Assembly (NCBI GenBank): GCA_003345555.1
Contig: PRDJ01000077.1
Location: 1-32,000, forward strand
DNA from: Candidatus Thorarchaeota archaeon
Lineage (GTDB): Archaea > Asgardarchaeota > Thorarchaeia > Thorarchaeales > Thorarchaeaceae
Reading direction: 5' to 3'
Length of the DNA: 32,000 nucleotides
In this document: in pieces, positions 1-8,498 of the stretch
Position numbering within the stretch: position 1 is the first letter of the stretch
Layout: every line of letters starts with the position of its first letter
Made by a program: the position numbers and the translations under genes
Notes under the pieces: generated by a model
Seen by the model: only the letters and a program-made list of their open reading frames with translations
The model's database searches: none
What the model was told of the DNA's origin: nothing

Positions 1-585
1 CGATCCAAGTTCACGTATGTTGTCGGGTCTGCGACGGGCAGAGTGAGAAAGCGTGATGTTCTCTCGGCGGGTGGAGCCAAGATCGGGGATGTGATTGTTC
101 TTCTGTTTGACCAAACTGGTAAGCGTGGCTCCAGCTACCGTTTGGGTTGGGATTCAGTCGTAGAACGTGAGTCGGAGGTCGTCCTGGAAAGGTTATCCAT
201 AATGAACGAGCTTGCTCGGATGCACCTTGTCAACGCATCAAAGGACGTTTCGGTAGCCGGACTTGTGGGCACGGTGGGCATGCTACTCGAATACTCGGGA
301 AAAGGCGGGTGCATCGACCTTGAGTCCGTGGAACAGACTTGTCCACCATCTATCGAATTTGAAGACTGGATCAGGATGTACATATCATTGGGCTTTCTCA
401 TCACGCTGTCTCATGACAACGCTACCAAGGTCGCTAGTATCGCGGCGAAGCACGGTATGACATCCAATATGATTGGCACTGTCGATGATTCAAGTGCGCT
501 TCGCCTTAGGCGAGGATGTGACGAGCATATTCTATTCGACTTTTCAAAGGGGCCCGTGCTGACTCCGCGCGGCACTGACCGATAG
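1..585 (+). CDS. AIR synthase-related (PurM/SelD/HypE-like) protein, C-terminal part; 5' end lies outside the window
   Basis: The frame is open from base 1 (RSKFTYVVGSATGRV...). AKIGDVIVLL and ASKDVSVAGLVGTVGMLLEYSGKG match the AIRS C-terminal domain of methanogenesis-marker-2-like proteins. Confidence 0.75.
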   Translation, partial: RSKFTYVVGSATGRVRKRDVLSAGGAKIGDVIVLLFDQTGKRGSSYRLGWDSVVERESEVVLERLSIMNELARMHLVNASKDVSVAGLVGTVGMLLEYSGKGGCIDLESVEQTCPPSIEFEDWIRMYISLGFLITLSHDNATKVASIAAKHGMTSNMIGTVDDSSALRLRRGCDEHILFDFSKGPVLTPRGTDR

Positions 586-630
586 CGCCAACATAGTTAT
601 AATGATATCAAGTCGGCATATGTAGTTGAA

Positions 631-861
631 GTGGTGATTTTGGAGAAGTCCGATAAGACATGCAGCGTGGCTGGATGTAATAACCCCTCCAAGCGAGCGT
701 TTGCCACACCAAGGATAACGGCAAGCGTCACGGCAAGCGGCCTGAGACTGAAAGACGCGTCCGCGCGGACCACATATCTCTGTTCTGACCACTACAAGAC
801 GGTCAAGAAAGCATTCAGGAAAGACACCAAACCAGAACGTCTCCGCTGGGGACATCCATAG
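631..861 (+). CDS. Small C2CH zinc-finger protein (THAP-like spacing)
   Basis: CSVAGC...YLCSDHY gives C-x4-C-x34-C-x2-H, followed by a basic C-terminus. It follows the AT-rich TTATAA at ~597. Confidence 0.7.
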   Translation: MVILEKSDKTCSVAGCNNPSKRAFATPRITASVTASGLRLKDASARTTYLCSDHYKTVKKAFRKDTKPERLRWGHP

Positions 862-924
862 ATTTCTTCATTATGTCGTTCTGATGTCTATATCATAGTG
901 AGAAAAGGAGACGCAGAGTCTCAG

Positions 925-1284
925 ATGAGTGAGGATAGTCGAATCACACGTTCTCTCTCAGTGCGGTGGAAGATGTGGCTGGAAATCGATGGCAAGCCTG
1001 TATTCGGTCCGGGGGCATACATGATTCTGAAAGCTGTTCAAGAGACTGGAACCATCACTGAGGGCGCAAAGAAGCTTGGAATGTCTTACAGGTACGCATG
1101 GGGAGTAATTCGCAAGATCGAGAAGAGAATCGATGCCACTCTCCTAGAGACGCACAAAGGTGGTACGATTGGCGGCGGAGGTGCCACAGTCACTCCGCTT
1201 GGCCTTCGGTTCATGCAGCTCTTTGCTAGAGCCGAGGAAGAGTTCGGCGATGTGGCACAAGAAGCCGTCAGGAGCCGTTCATGA
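925..1284 (+). CDS. ModE-family winged-helix transcriptional regulator (N-terminal HTH only)
   Basis: KMWLEIDGKPVFGPG...ILKAVQETGTITEGAKKLGMSYRYAW...LLETHKGGTIGGGGATVTP is the ModE N-terminal signature. ATG 925 is preferred over GTG 898. Confidence 0.9.
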   Translation: MSEDSRITRSLSVRWKMWLEIDGKPVFGPGAYMILKAVQETGTITEGAKKLGMSYRYAWGVIRKIEKRIDATLLETHKGGTIGGGGATVTPLGLRFMQLFARAEEEFGDVAQEAVRSRS

Positions 1285-2352
1285 GAATCTTATGACAATC
1301 GCCTTTCTGGGGCAATGTGACTTGCATTCTAAGCAAAGTATGCAGTCTGGACTGTGCATGTGCTGGTACGGGAAGCGTCTAATCTTGATGTTCATCGGGC
1401 AGACCACTTCGCAGATGTTGCACGTGTCCGGAGTGCATTTTGCAGGGTTTCTTCCGATGCCGATCAGTGAATCCTTAGAGAAGATTCCGTAGATCCACCC
1501 TGCAGGGCATAGCCACCTGCAGAATGCTCTTGGGAACCAGAAAGAGATAGCAAGTATCACGATGACAAAGATGAGCTGAGGAATGAACCAACCCCACTGC
1601 AGGACATACCACAGATTGCCGAGGCCTGTGGGCCAGAGTCCACGACTGATTATTGAGGGAAAAGCCACAAACAGGATGTAGGCAGGGCTGAATGGATCGA
1701 ACGCCGCTTCTGCGAATGGTCCCAACGCTGCCGTAAGAGCTGCCGACGTACCTGTGAGCTTGCTTACGCCCACCCAGACAGCCAAGAACATCACGATGAT
1801 GAATATGTACGCTTTCAGGCGGCGCATCTCAGTTTCTGTATTTGGTGCAGGTCGGATTTTCTTCCGGTTGGGAAGCGTTGCAAAATCCTGCAGGGTGCCA
1901 AACGGGCACATCCAACCGCATCCGGCTCTCCCCAAGACAATAAGGACGATTATCATTGTGCCCAGGGTATAGAAAGGAAAGAATCCGCTTGCGAACTCCC
2001 TCTCGAAGGTATCAAATGATCCCGCGAGTATGGCAGCCGGAGCTTGCAGTGGTGACAGGATCGGCAGGGCGGGGATAATGAAACTGATATTTCGCCAGAA
2101 AGCTGTGAACGCCTCTCCTCCGCTCAGAGATGCTACGAAATATGCGTTTATCCCGACGATGAAGAGAATTTGCACAAACCGGCGCAACATTCGCACATTG
2201 AATATGAGCCCAACAGGGTCCGATAGCATTTCACGATAGGAACGCTTCGGCAATCCCTCATATGCTTCGGTCTTCTCTTCGCGGCTGACGTCTTTGCGTG
2301 GGGGAATCTCTTCTTCACGTTCGACATCCGCCTTTTCGGCATCTTCTGCCAC
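1279..2352 (-). CDS. Membrane 4Fe-4S binding protein (NapH/MauN/CcoG-like polyferredoxin)
   Basis: Several TM segments, GRAGCGWMCPFG and RAFCRWLCPAG motifs, and C-terminal ferredoxin motifs CNICEVVCP and CILCLECKSHCP. Confidence 0.9.
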   Translation of the reverse strand: MAEDAEKADVEREEEIPPRKDVSREEKTEAYEGLPKRSYREMLSDPVGLIFNVRMLRRFVQILFIVGINAYFVASLSGGEAFTAFWRNISFIIPALPILSPLQAPAAILAGSFDTFEREFASGFFPFYTLGTMIIVLIVLGRAGCGWMCPFGTLQDFATLPNRKKIRPAPNTETEMRRLKAYIFIIVMFLAVWVGVSKLTGTSAALTAALGPFAEAAFDPFSPAYILFVAFPSIISRGLWPTGLGNLWYVLQWGWFIPQLIFVIVILAISFWFPRAFCRWLCPAGWIYGIFSKDSLIGIGRNPAKCTPDTCNICEVVCPMNIKIRRFPYQHMHSPDCILCLECKSHCPRKAIVIRFS

Positions 2353-2501
2353 TGAATCACTCCTCGCCTTGGGCTGCGTGACCCGCGCAGAACTGGAGGG
2401 GCATTAAAAACGTTTTGATGAATGATGGTCGAAATATGGCATCATAGGTGAGTTCTGACTGCAGATTCAGGGAGAACTCAAGAGGGCGTGGGGCCTGTCT
2501 C

Positions 2502-2906
2502 TTACACTTGCCGCTTCACTGCCGGCACAGAAGAGCCGCAGTAGGGACACTTAATCGTGAGAGGCCCCACCCAATCGACGTTGGAGCTGGTGAGCTTTCC
2601 TCTGCAACTTGGGCAAACAGTCGGTGGCTCATAGACGTACGTTGCTCCAGCGGCTGGCTGGCTTTGGGTTGATGGCGGAACGTACCTGACCGAGACGGTG
2701 CCGCCCGGTGGCGTGGTGATGCCCTCTCGCACGCCCGTACACAGGAACGGTATAGCGAAAAGGAAGCCCAAGAAAGGAACTCCGAGTGTGTAGACCAGGA
2801 TTAATACGACATCGAATGTGCCAGACGTGATCGCGTTAATCATCCCTATCATTCCGAGGAGAAACGTACCCACGATGATTGCCACGCCAATGCAGATTCG
2901 GGCCAT
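2502..2906 (-). CDS. Two-TM membrane protein with C-terminal zinc ribbon
   Basis: Hydrophobic N-terminus starting MARICIG, then CPSC...CPYC. ATG 2906 is preferred; the ORF extends to 3047. Confidence 0.7.
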   Translation of the reverse strand: MARICIGVAIIVGTFLLGMIGMINAITSGTFDVVLILVYTLGVPFLGFLFAIPFLCTGVREGITTPPGGTVSVRYVPPSTQSQPAAGATYVYEPPTVCPSCRGKLTSSNVDWVGPLTIKCPYCGSSVPAVKRQV

Positions 2907-3147
2907 GTTAGGCACAAGATTTCCTCCGTCTGTCTGTCGAACGGACTCAGTCAGTCTAGATGTACTAATAACCTGTTCTGCGATGGAGAACGTTCTGCTG
3001 ACCGCGTCTTCCGGAGTACTGTGCCGTGATGAGATACAGGCCGCCATCTTCTGAAGGTCGCGGTTTCAAGGGCTTCTCGAAGTCAGAATGGCTTAAAACG
3101 CGAGGGATCAATCGAGGGCTGAAGCAAGAGACATATTCCGTTGCTGT

Positions 3148-4395
3148 TTGAATGCCATGCTCGACAGAAAGGGAGACACGGTTCACTTGGTGCGTCAAAA
3201 TACGAAGGAGTTCGTGCCCGAAGGAATAGGCAGTGAAAGGATAGTACTGGATTTTCATCACTTTGGAGGAGGGAAGAACTGCCAAACCAGCTCCATGGTC
3301 CGACTGATGCATCATATGGGTTACGACATCAGTGAGCCAATGCTGGTTGGAATCTCGTCCGGATTGGGTTTCATCTATTGGTTCATGAAACTGATGCCAT
3401 ATCCAATTGTCGGTGGAATGAATAGAGCTGACTGCCGTCGTTTCCCCGGCATATTGAGTAAGGCTGCGCACAGACTCGGAGGCGACTATGATGCTATCCT
3501 TACAAAGAGCGTCAAGAAGGCACATATCTTCCTGAAGGAGACTCTACGCGAAAACCAGCCCGGCCTCGTTTGCGTCGATATGGCTTACTTGGATCACTTG
3601 CTGACCGGTGAGGACGACCATTTTGGTGAACATAACATCCTTGTATACGGAATCGACGAGTCAAAGGACTTTGTCTACATTTCTGATAGGTTCGATGGAA
3701 CTGCCACAATGTCTCTGGAGAAACTGCAAAAGGCACGTGCTTCGGAGTTTCAGCCGTTTCCAGCAATGAACCAAATGGTGAGATTCCACTTTCCGAAGAG
3801 TCTAACTCCTCTGAAGACGATTATTCCAGCTGCTATTAGAGAGAATATCCGAGCTCTTCTCAATCCGCCTATCTCCAACATAGGAGTCAAGGGGATTGTG
3901 AAGTGGAGCAAGGAACTTCAGAAGTATCCGAAGATGATTCCTGATCCCAAGGATCTTGCCCACGCTCTCATGATGCATTACATCTACATTGAGACCGGGG
4001 GCTCAGGAGGAGCTATTTTCAGGCGCATATACGCAGATTTCCTCAGAGAGGCTGGCGACCTCATGGACAACAACGCTCTGATTAATGCCTCAGAAGAGTT
4101 CATTGAGATATCGGATACTTGGAGTGAGATTGCCAACGAATTACTACCTGACAGTCTCCCTTCATTGCGAAGGCTACGAGAGATACAATGGTCTGCAAAC
4201 CATGAGTTGGAAACAAGAGGTCTGAGCGCCTTAGGCAGTGTAAGGCATCTTGTAGAGGCTGTCCCAGCCTTGTTGAAGGAGGCCCGGCTAGAGGTATCAA
4301 GCTTCCCCGAGTTCGTCAAGCCAGTTCAGAATCTCTTGGTAAGAGTGAGCGATATGGAGACAAAGTCTCTCGAGAAGCTGGCGGTACTGCTTTGA
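3148..4395 (+). CDS. BtrH N-terminal (C39/papain-like) domain plus DUF4872 protein
   Basis: HHFGGGKNCQTSS (Cys), LVGISSGLGFIY, HFGEHNILVYGID (His), VYISDR (Asp), and C-terminal IETGGSGGAIFRRIYADFLREA. Confidence 0.8.
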   Translation: MNAMLDRKGDTVHLVRQNTKEFVPEGIGSERIVLDFHHFGGGKNCQTSSMVRLMHHMGYDISEPMLVGISSGLGFIYWFMKLMPYPIVGGMNRADCRRFPGILSKAAHRLGGDYDAILTKSVKKAHIFLKETLRENQPGLVCVDMAYLDHLLTGEDDHFGEHNILVYGIDESKDFVYISDRFDGTATMSLEKLQKARASEFQPFPAMNQMVRFHFPKSLTPLKTIIPAAIRENIRALLNPPISNIGVKGIVKWSKELQKYPKMIPDPKDLAHALMMHYIYIETGGSGGAIFRRIYADFLREAGDLMDNNALINASEEFIEISDTWSEIANELLPDSLPSLRRLREIQWSANHELETRGLSALGSVRHLVEAVPALLKEARLEVSSFPEFVKPVQNLLVRVSDMETKSLEKLAVLL

Positions 4396-4471
4396 GCATC
4401 TGCAAGAAACGAACTAACGGAACATCACATGCGGGGGGCCAGCCAACCGGTTCGATGTTGGAACGTATGGC

Positions 4472-5185
4472 TTAGTATTCGACTAGAAGCGGCAGATCCC
4501 TTGCGGCCCTGACTGTAAACTGGGCTTCTTTGGGAGTAGGCGGAATCCCTTGAAATCTGGTCCGCCGAATGAACTCGCTCGTGACTCGTATCAGCTCTAG
4601 AGGATCTATTCTGGCCATCTTGTCCACGGTGTCAACGCCAGAGTCGTGGTACAGCCTTGCTCTTATTGCCTTCAGGCCGAATATCCTTGTGAGATCTGAC
4701 ATCTTCACCAGCTCCAAGATAGTCTCAAGCGGTAATCCAGTCTCCTCTTGGAGTCTTCTTCGGTCGGACTCGGTCTGCCCTGCCTTGACCATCTGGTTGG
4801 CATCTCGAATGCCATATTGAGCTAGTCTGCTAACGGCAATTGGTTTGACACCGACAAGATCCTTAAGCTTGAAGGCTTTCTTCTGGAGGAATCTGGCCCT
4901 GATTTCTGTGGACTTGTCAGCCATGGGCTTGTTCTGCATGAATTCATAGTAGTATCTTAGAGCATGCATCAGGTTCTTGATTCTGCTTACATCGCCAATC
5001 GTGCTTGCGAAGGCATCAAGGTCGTGTTTCGAGGGTGTGCCGGAGTCTCTTCCACTCTCTTTGAGGAATTCTTCGAACACATGAATAGACTGAAGGCTCC
5101 CCTTGATGATATTGTCTTTCTTCTGATTGCGTTTCATGAATCGTCTGAACTCTGTCTCGTCAAAATGAGACCTCGGTCCTGTCAA
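4472..5185 (-). CDS. DUF4332 (HhH) protein with integrase-SAM-like N-terminus, paralogue 1
   Basis: C-terminal ILELVKMSDLTRIFGLKAIRARLYHDSGVDTV is DUF4332. It aligns end to end with 11126-11827. The TTG 5185 start is inferred from the paralogue length; the ORF extends to 5308. Confidence 0.8.
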   Translation of the reverse strand: MTGPRSHFDETEFRRFMKRNQKKDNIIKGSLQSIHVFEEFLKESGRDSGTPSKHDLDAFASTIGDVSRIKNLMHALRYYYEFMQNKPMADKSTEIRARFLQKKAFKLKDLVGVKPIAVSRLAQYGIRDANQMVKAGQTESDRRRLQEETGLPLETILELVKMSDLTRIFGLKAIRARLYHDSGVDTVDKMARIDPLELIRVTSEFIRRTRFQGIPPTPKEAQFTVRAARDLPLLVEY

Positions 5186-5373
5186 CGCTACGGCTTGACC
5201 TCCGCCTAACCCTGATACTTCCGCAGGCCGCGAGTGTTTTCTTATATCCATTGCTGTCACAAGTAAACGCCGCGTGTGTCGCGGCAAATCCAATGTCCAA
5301 TCAAGCACTCAGGAGCCTACCGGAAAGGTTTTTCTCGAACGAAACGTTTACTCCTCACAGGAAGCGGGTTTTC

Positions 5374-5730
5374 ATGAAATCTGAGCTAGACATGGCATTC
5401 TCAAAACTGACGAACCCGCGAATGAGCGCTGGCCTGATGATACTTCACAGTCTCCTGGAACCTCTGAAGGGTCCTAATGTTGCACCCAGAGAGGTTCGAG
5501 AGACCGTTGACCGCTTGGTCGAGGAGCGGAAAGTGTCAAAGCAGTCAATTACCAATGCTGCCCGCAGATTGGAGGAGGCCAGAATACTCGCGCGCGGTGA
5601 GGGTTACTCAGTGAACTATGGGCGTCTGATCTCGGTGTTGCTCAACACCGTTCTGGATCAAGAGCAGCGTATCGCTAAGCTCGAAGATGAGATCGATGAA
5701 CTGAAGCGTCCAGCCGCGCGTGAGAGCTAG
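5374..5730 (+). CDS. Winged-helix protein with C-terminal coiled coil
   Basis: VSKQSITNAARRLEEARILARGEGYSVN resembles an HTH plus wing; DQEQRIAKLEDEIDELK is a heptad repeat. ATG 5374 is preferred. Confidence 0.6.
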   Translation: MKSELDMAFSKLTNPRMSAGLMILHSLLEPLKGPNVAPREVRETVDRLVEERKVSKQSITNAARRLEEARILARGEGYSVNYGRLISVLLNTVLDQEQRIAKLEDEIDELKRPAARES

Positions 5731-6914
5731 TCCGATGGCACCGTGCCTGCTGCCTCTTCAAGGTCATTGAGCAACGCATTCACGGTTCCATCTGTCATGT
5801 GCGGCATGACGACAATCCTCATGGTTGGTGGCAAAGGCGACAAATCGATTCGCCATCCCCGATCTTCCATCTTTTGCGTTGCCAGCTCGAGCGAAACCAC
5901 TTTGGTCTTTATTCCAAGGATATTCATCACGGGTTGAATCGCCAAGCTCAATGTCGAGCTGGGTTCGACCCGGTCCTTGATATTCATCGTCCGCTTCATA
6001 CATTGTCGGACGATTGACCTGTACCCGCTTCTTCCGAGGTGTTTCATTACAGCCCATGTTCCGAGTATCGAACCTGCTGGCCTTGTGCCCAGCAGTGTTG
6101 GCTGAAATGCACTTGCTCCTCTCAGGTAGGGAACCTGTCTTGTTACTGTCTTCAGGTGACGCTCAGACCTGAATAGAATGCAGCCGCAAGGTATTGGTCC
6201 CAGCCCCATCTTGTGTGGATCTGTGCTTACGCTCGTGACGCCGTCCACTTGGAAGTCGAAGGCGTGATGGCCAATCCCGAGGTCGTTCAGAAAAGGTATC
6301 ACAAACCCTCCGAATGCAGCGTCTATGTGAAGCGGCAGTCTGTGTTTGCTGGCTATATCCGCAATCTCTTCGATTGGGTCCACTTGGCCCAGATACGTGG
6401 TGCCTGCGGTGGCAAAGATGCCAACCGTGTTTGGGCCAATCGCGTGCTCGATTGCATCAGGTACTGCCTTAAACTGGTCGTCGACTTCCGTCTTGACTAG
6501 TTTCATGCCCAGAATCCAGGCGGCCTTGTCAACAGAGGCGTGAACCGTCTTGGAGGCGATAATCTCACGCATGCCGGTCTTCTTCCTTGCAGCTTCGCGA
6601 TGTGAGAGCATGGCCAGAATGTTGGATTCGGTTCCCCCGGAAGTCGTCGTGCCAAAAGGTTCAGCAAGATGTAGCAGGTCCCCAATCATGTCTATCACTT
6701 CGCGCTCCACCTTTGCTGAGCCGGCAAAGGTATGAAAACGGCCTGCATTCTTCTCCATTGACCTTGAGAAGACCTCGACGCCCAGACTATGGGGCTCCGT
6801 GGACATTGAAGCAACCGGACGCCCACTTGCGAAGCCGACATCGTCTGCCAGTAACGACTGAAGCATTTGGGTCACCTCCGAGGTTGTCAACCCTTTGTCT
6901 TCGAACATCTGCAT
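5727..6914 (-). CDS. mfnA: L-tyrosine/L-aspartate decarboxylase (group II PLP decarboxylase)
   Basis: TTSGGTESNILAM, VHASVDKAA, LHIDAAFGGFVIPF and SVSTDPHKMGLGPIPCG (PLP lysine). The start MQMFEDKG at 6914 fits the usual MfnA N-terminus. Confidence 0.9.
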   Translation of the reverse strand: MQMFEDKGLTTSEVTQMLQSLLADDVGFASGRPVASMSTEPHSLGVEVFSRSMEKNAGRFHTFAGSAKVEREVIDMIGDLLHLAEPFGTTTSGGTESNILAMLSHREAARKKTGMREIIASKTVHASVDKAAWILGMKLVKTEVDDQFKAVPDAIEHAIGPNTVGIFATAGTTYLGQVDPIEEIADIASKHRLPLHIDAAFGGFVIPFLNDLGIGHHAFDFQVDGVTSVSTDPHKMGLGPIPCGCILFRSERHLKTVTRQVPYLRGASAFQPTLLGTRPAGSILGTWAVMKHLGRSGYRSIVRQCMKRTMNIKDRVEPSSTLSLAIQPVMNILGIKTKVVSLELATQKMEDRGWRIDLSPLPPTMRIVVMPHMTDGTVNALLNDLEEAAGTVPSD

Positions 6915-7073
6915 AGCACCGCTCTGGGTTGGTCGGGTCCGTCCTACTATAACCGTTGTGGAATGAAGAACCTGGTTCGGGCTTAGCAGATGGTTTCGAA
7001 GCAATTATAACCTGAGAAGATAAGCGCCGTACCCGCATGACTCCCGGCGTCTTCTCGCATGGGGTCGAGCAAT

Positions 7074-7178
7074 GGCCTGGGTGAGGTAGTTCGTTCGACC
7101 TTGTGGTCTGCGAGCCCTCTGGTAGCCTAGAGGACTGTGGATCCTTTCGCGCGGGTCCGATTCCCGCCCCGGGCCCCA
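7074..7178 (+). tRNA. trnH: tRNA-His(GUG) with encoded G-1, CCA and a 28-nt D-loop intron (7091-7118, position 16/17)
   Basis: Acceptor GCCTGGG/CCCGGGC; D stem AGGT/GCCT; anticodon arm GAGGA-CTGTGGA-TCCTT; T arm GCGGG-TCCGATT-CCCGC; ends C-CCA. Removing 7091-7118 gives the canonical D loop AGTCTGGTA. Confidence 0.9.
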
Positions 7179-7265
7179 TTCCCTTTTGCGAATCCGCTTC
7201 TAGTCGCACTCTCGTCGTCACGTCAACTGCGGTCCCCGAGCGATTAATTGTCTACGAGTTCTCAC

Positions 7266-7688
7266 TTATGCATGGGGTTCGTCACGATCGCTTAATGAGA
7301 AGGCGAACAGCCTCGCAAACTCGACACCTGATAGACCACCGATTTTGTTAGCGAGATTCTCGATATCGGCTCTTTTGCCTTCTAAAGCTAATACCTCCAG
7401 ACAGTGCGAACGAGTCAGATGAATATGTACAGTGGAAATTACATGCGCTGCCGCATCGTGCTGAGCATTCACCAACTCAGTCATTAGTCGTGGCTTGTGC
7501 TCGTAAACAACGCTTAAAGTTGCTCGATTCCCCTCTTGACCTGACTCCCACTCGCACTGAGATATACATGCTCGCATCGCATCGCGGACTGCCTCAGAGC
7601 GGCCTACATAGCCCTTGATTTCAACAATCTCATCAAAGCGATCAAGCAAATCCTCAGGGACGGACACGCCAAATCTCTTGATAGTCAA
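7266..7688 (-). CDS. nikR: Nickel-responsive ribbon-helix-helix regulator NikR
   Basis: RFGVSVPEDLLDRFD...RSEAVRDAMR (RHH domain) and QH...STVHIHL...HCLEV (Ni site H-x-H-x-C). The TTG 7688 start is inferred. Confidence 0.92.
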   Translation of the reverse strand: MTIKRFGVSVPEDLLDRFDEIVEIKGYVGRSEAVRDAMRACISQCEWESGQEGNRATLSVVYEHKPRLMTELVNAQHDAAAHVISTVHIHLTRSHCLEVLALEGKRADIENLANKIGGLSGVEFARLFAFSLSDRDEPHA

Positions 7689-7740
7689 AGTAACACGAAC
7701 CCCTTCATATAGTAACACGATTCTAGGAAAAGTAACACAC
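7689..7740. promoter_or_regulatory. Putative NikR operator: three GTAACAC direct repeats
   Basis: AGTAACACGA at 7689 and 7711 and AGTAACACAC at 7731, between divergent nikR and nikM. The last two form GTAACAC-N13-GTAACAC. Confidence 0.7.
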
Positions 7741-7791
7741 TTAAGAATATCATTTTGACAAACATCCGTCTTCAAACACGAGGGAATCCAG

Positions 7792-8487
7792 TTGCACGTA
7801 CCGGATGGCATCGTCCCCTTCTGGCTGCAGGTGCTCATGTTCGCCTTGAGCGGAATCATGCTCGTGTTGTCCGGGCGAAGACTGAGCAAACAGTTTGATG
7901 ATCGCCTAGTACCTTACATGGGTGTCCTTGCTGCAGTCGTATTTGGAATACAGTTTGTTGACATTCCTGTGCCGCCATCGAGTGGTCATTTGATGGGTTC
8001 CACTCTTCTCGCAATCATGGTAGGTCCCTGGGCTGCTATCATAGTGATTGGACTAGTGTTGTTCGTGCAGGCGCTGACCGGGGACGGCGGTCTCCTGACC
8101 TACGGTCTCAATCTGTTCAATATGGGCATTGTATGCTCTCTAGTAGGTTGGTCTCTTTCGCTCCTGATTTTCAAGGCGCTTAGAACCCACCTCAATGACA
8201 GGTGGTCTGTCTTGACAGCTACTGCAGTGGCCTCATACGTAGCAGTCGTTGTGACAGCAGTGGTTCTGGGCCTTGAGTTTTTCACAGTTGCTGGTTTTGG
8301 CTATATCGCATTCCTGACTATCGTGGGAGTTAACGCTGTTATCGGTGTAGGCGAAGCTATTGTGACATGTATGGTACTTGCCTATTTTGTGAGAGCACGA
8401 CCGAGCGTGATTTCGTTGCTCTCCGGCCGCAAGAAACTCGATGTGACTCAAAGCGCACTAATAGGACAGAAAAGTCCTTTGGACTAG
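7792..8487 (+). CDS. nikM: Ni/Co ECF transporter substrate-binding component (NikM/CbiM)
   Basis: N-terminal MHVPDG metal-binding motif, SSGHLMG, and VQALTGDGGLLTYGLNLFNMG; TTG start. Confidence 0.92.
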   Translation: MHVPDGIVPFWLQVLMFALSGIMLVLSGRRLSKQFDDRLVPYMGVLAAVVFGIQFVDIPVPPSSGHLMGSTLLAIMVGPWAAIIVIGLVLFVQALTGDGGLLTYGLNLFNMGIVCSLVGWSLSLLIFKALRTHLNDRWSVLTATAVASYVAVVVTAVVLGLEFFTVAGFGYIAFLTIVGVNAVIGVGEAIVTCMVLAYFVRARPSVISLLSGRKKLDVTQSALIGQKSPLD

Positions 8488-8498
8488 GAGGCTTTGGG

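Noticed and set aside
586-924. ModE operator palindrome
   Set aside because: The region is AT-rich, but no clear inverted repeat of the ATCGnTATATA-N6-TATATAnCGAT type was found.
7266-7889. 207-aa NikR as given in the ORF track
   Set aside because: The extension overlaps nikM and the operator repeats; NikR homology starts near 7688.
8367-8498. N-terminal extension of nikQ
   Set aside because: It overlaps the nikM coding region; an SD-supported TTG lies at 8499.
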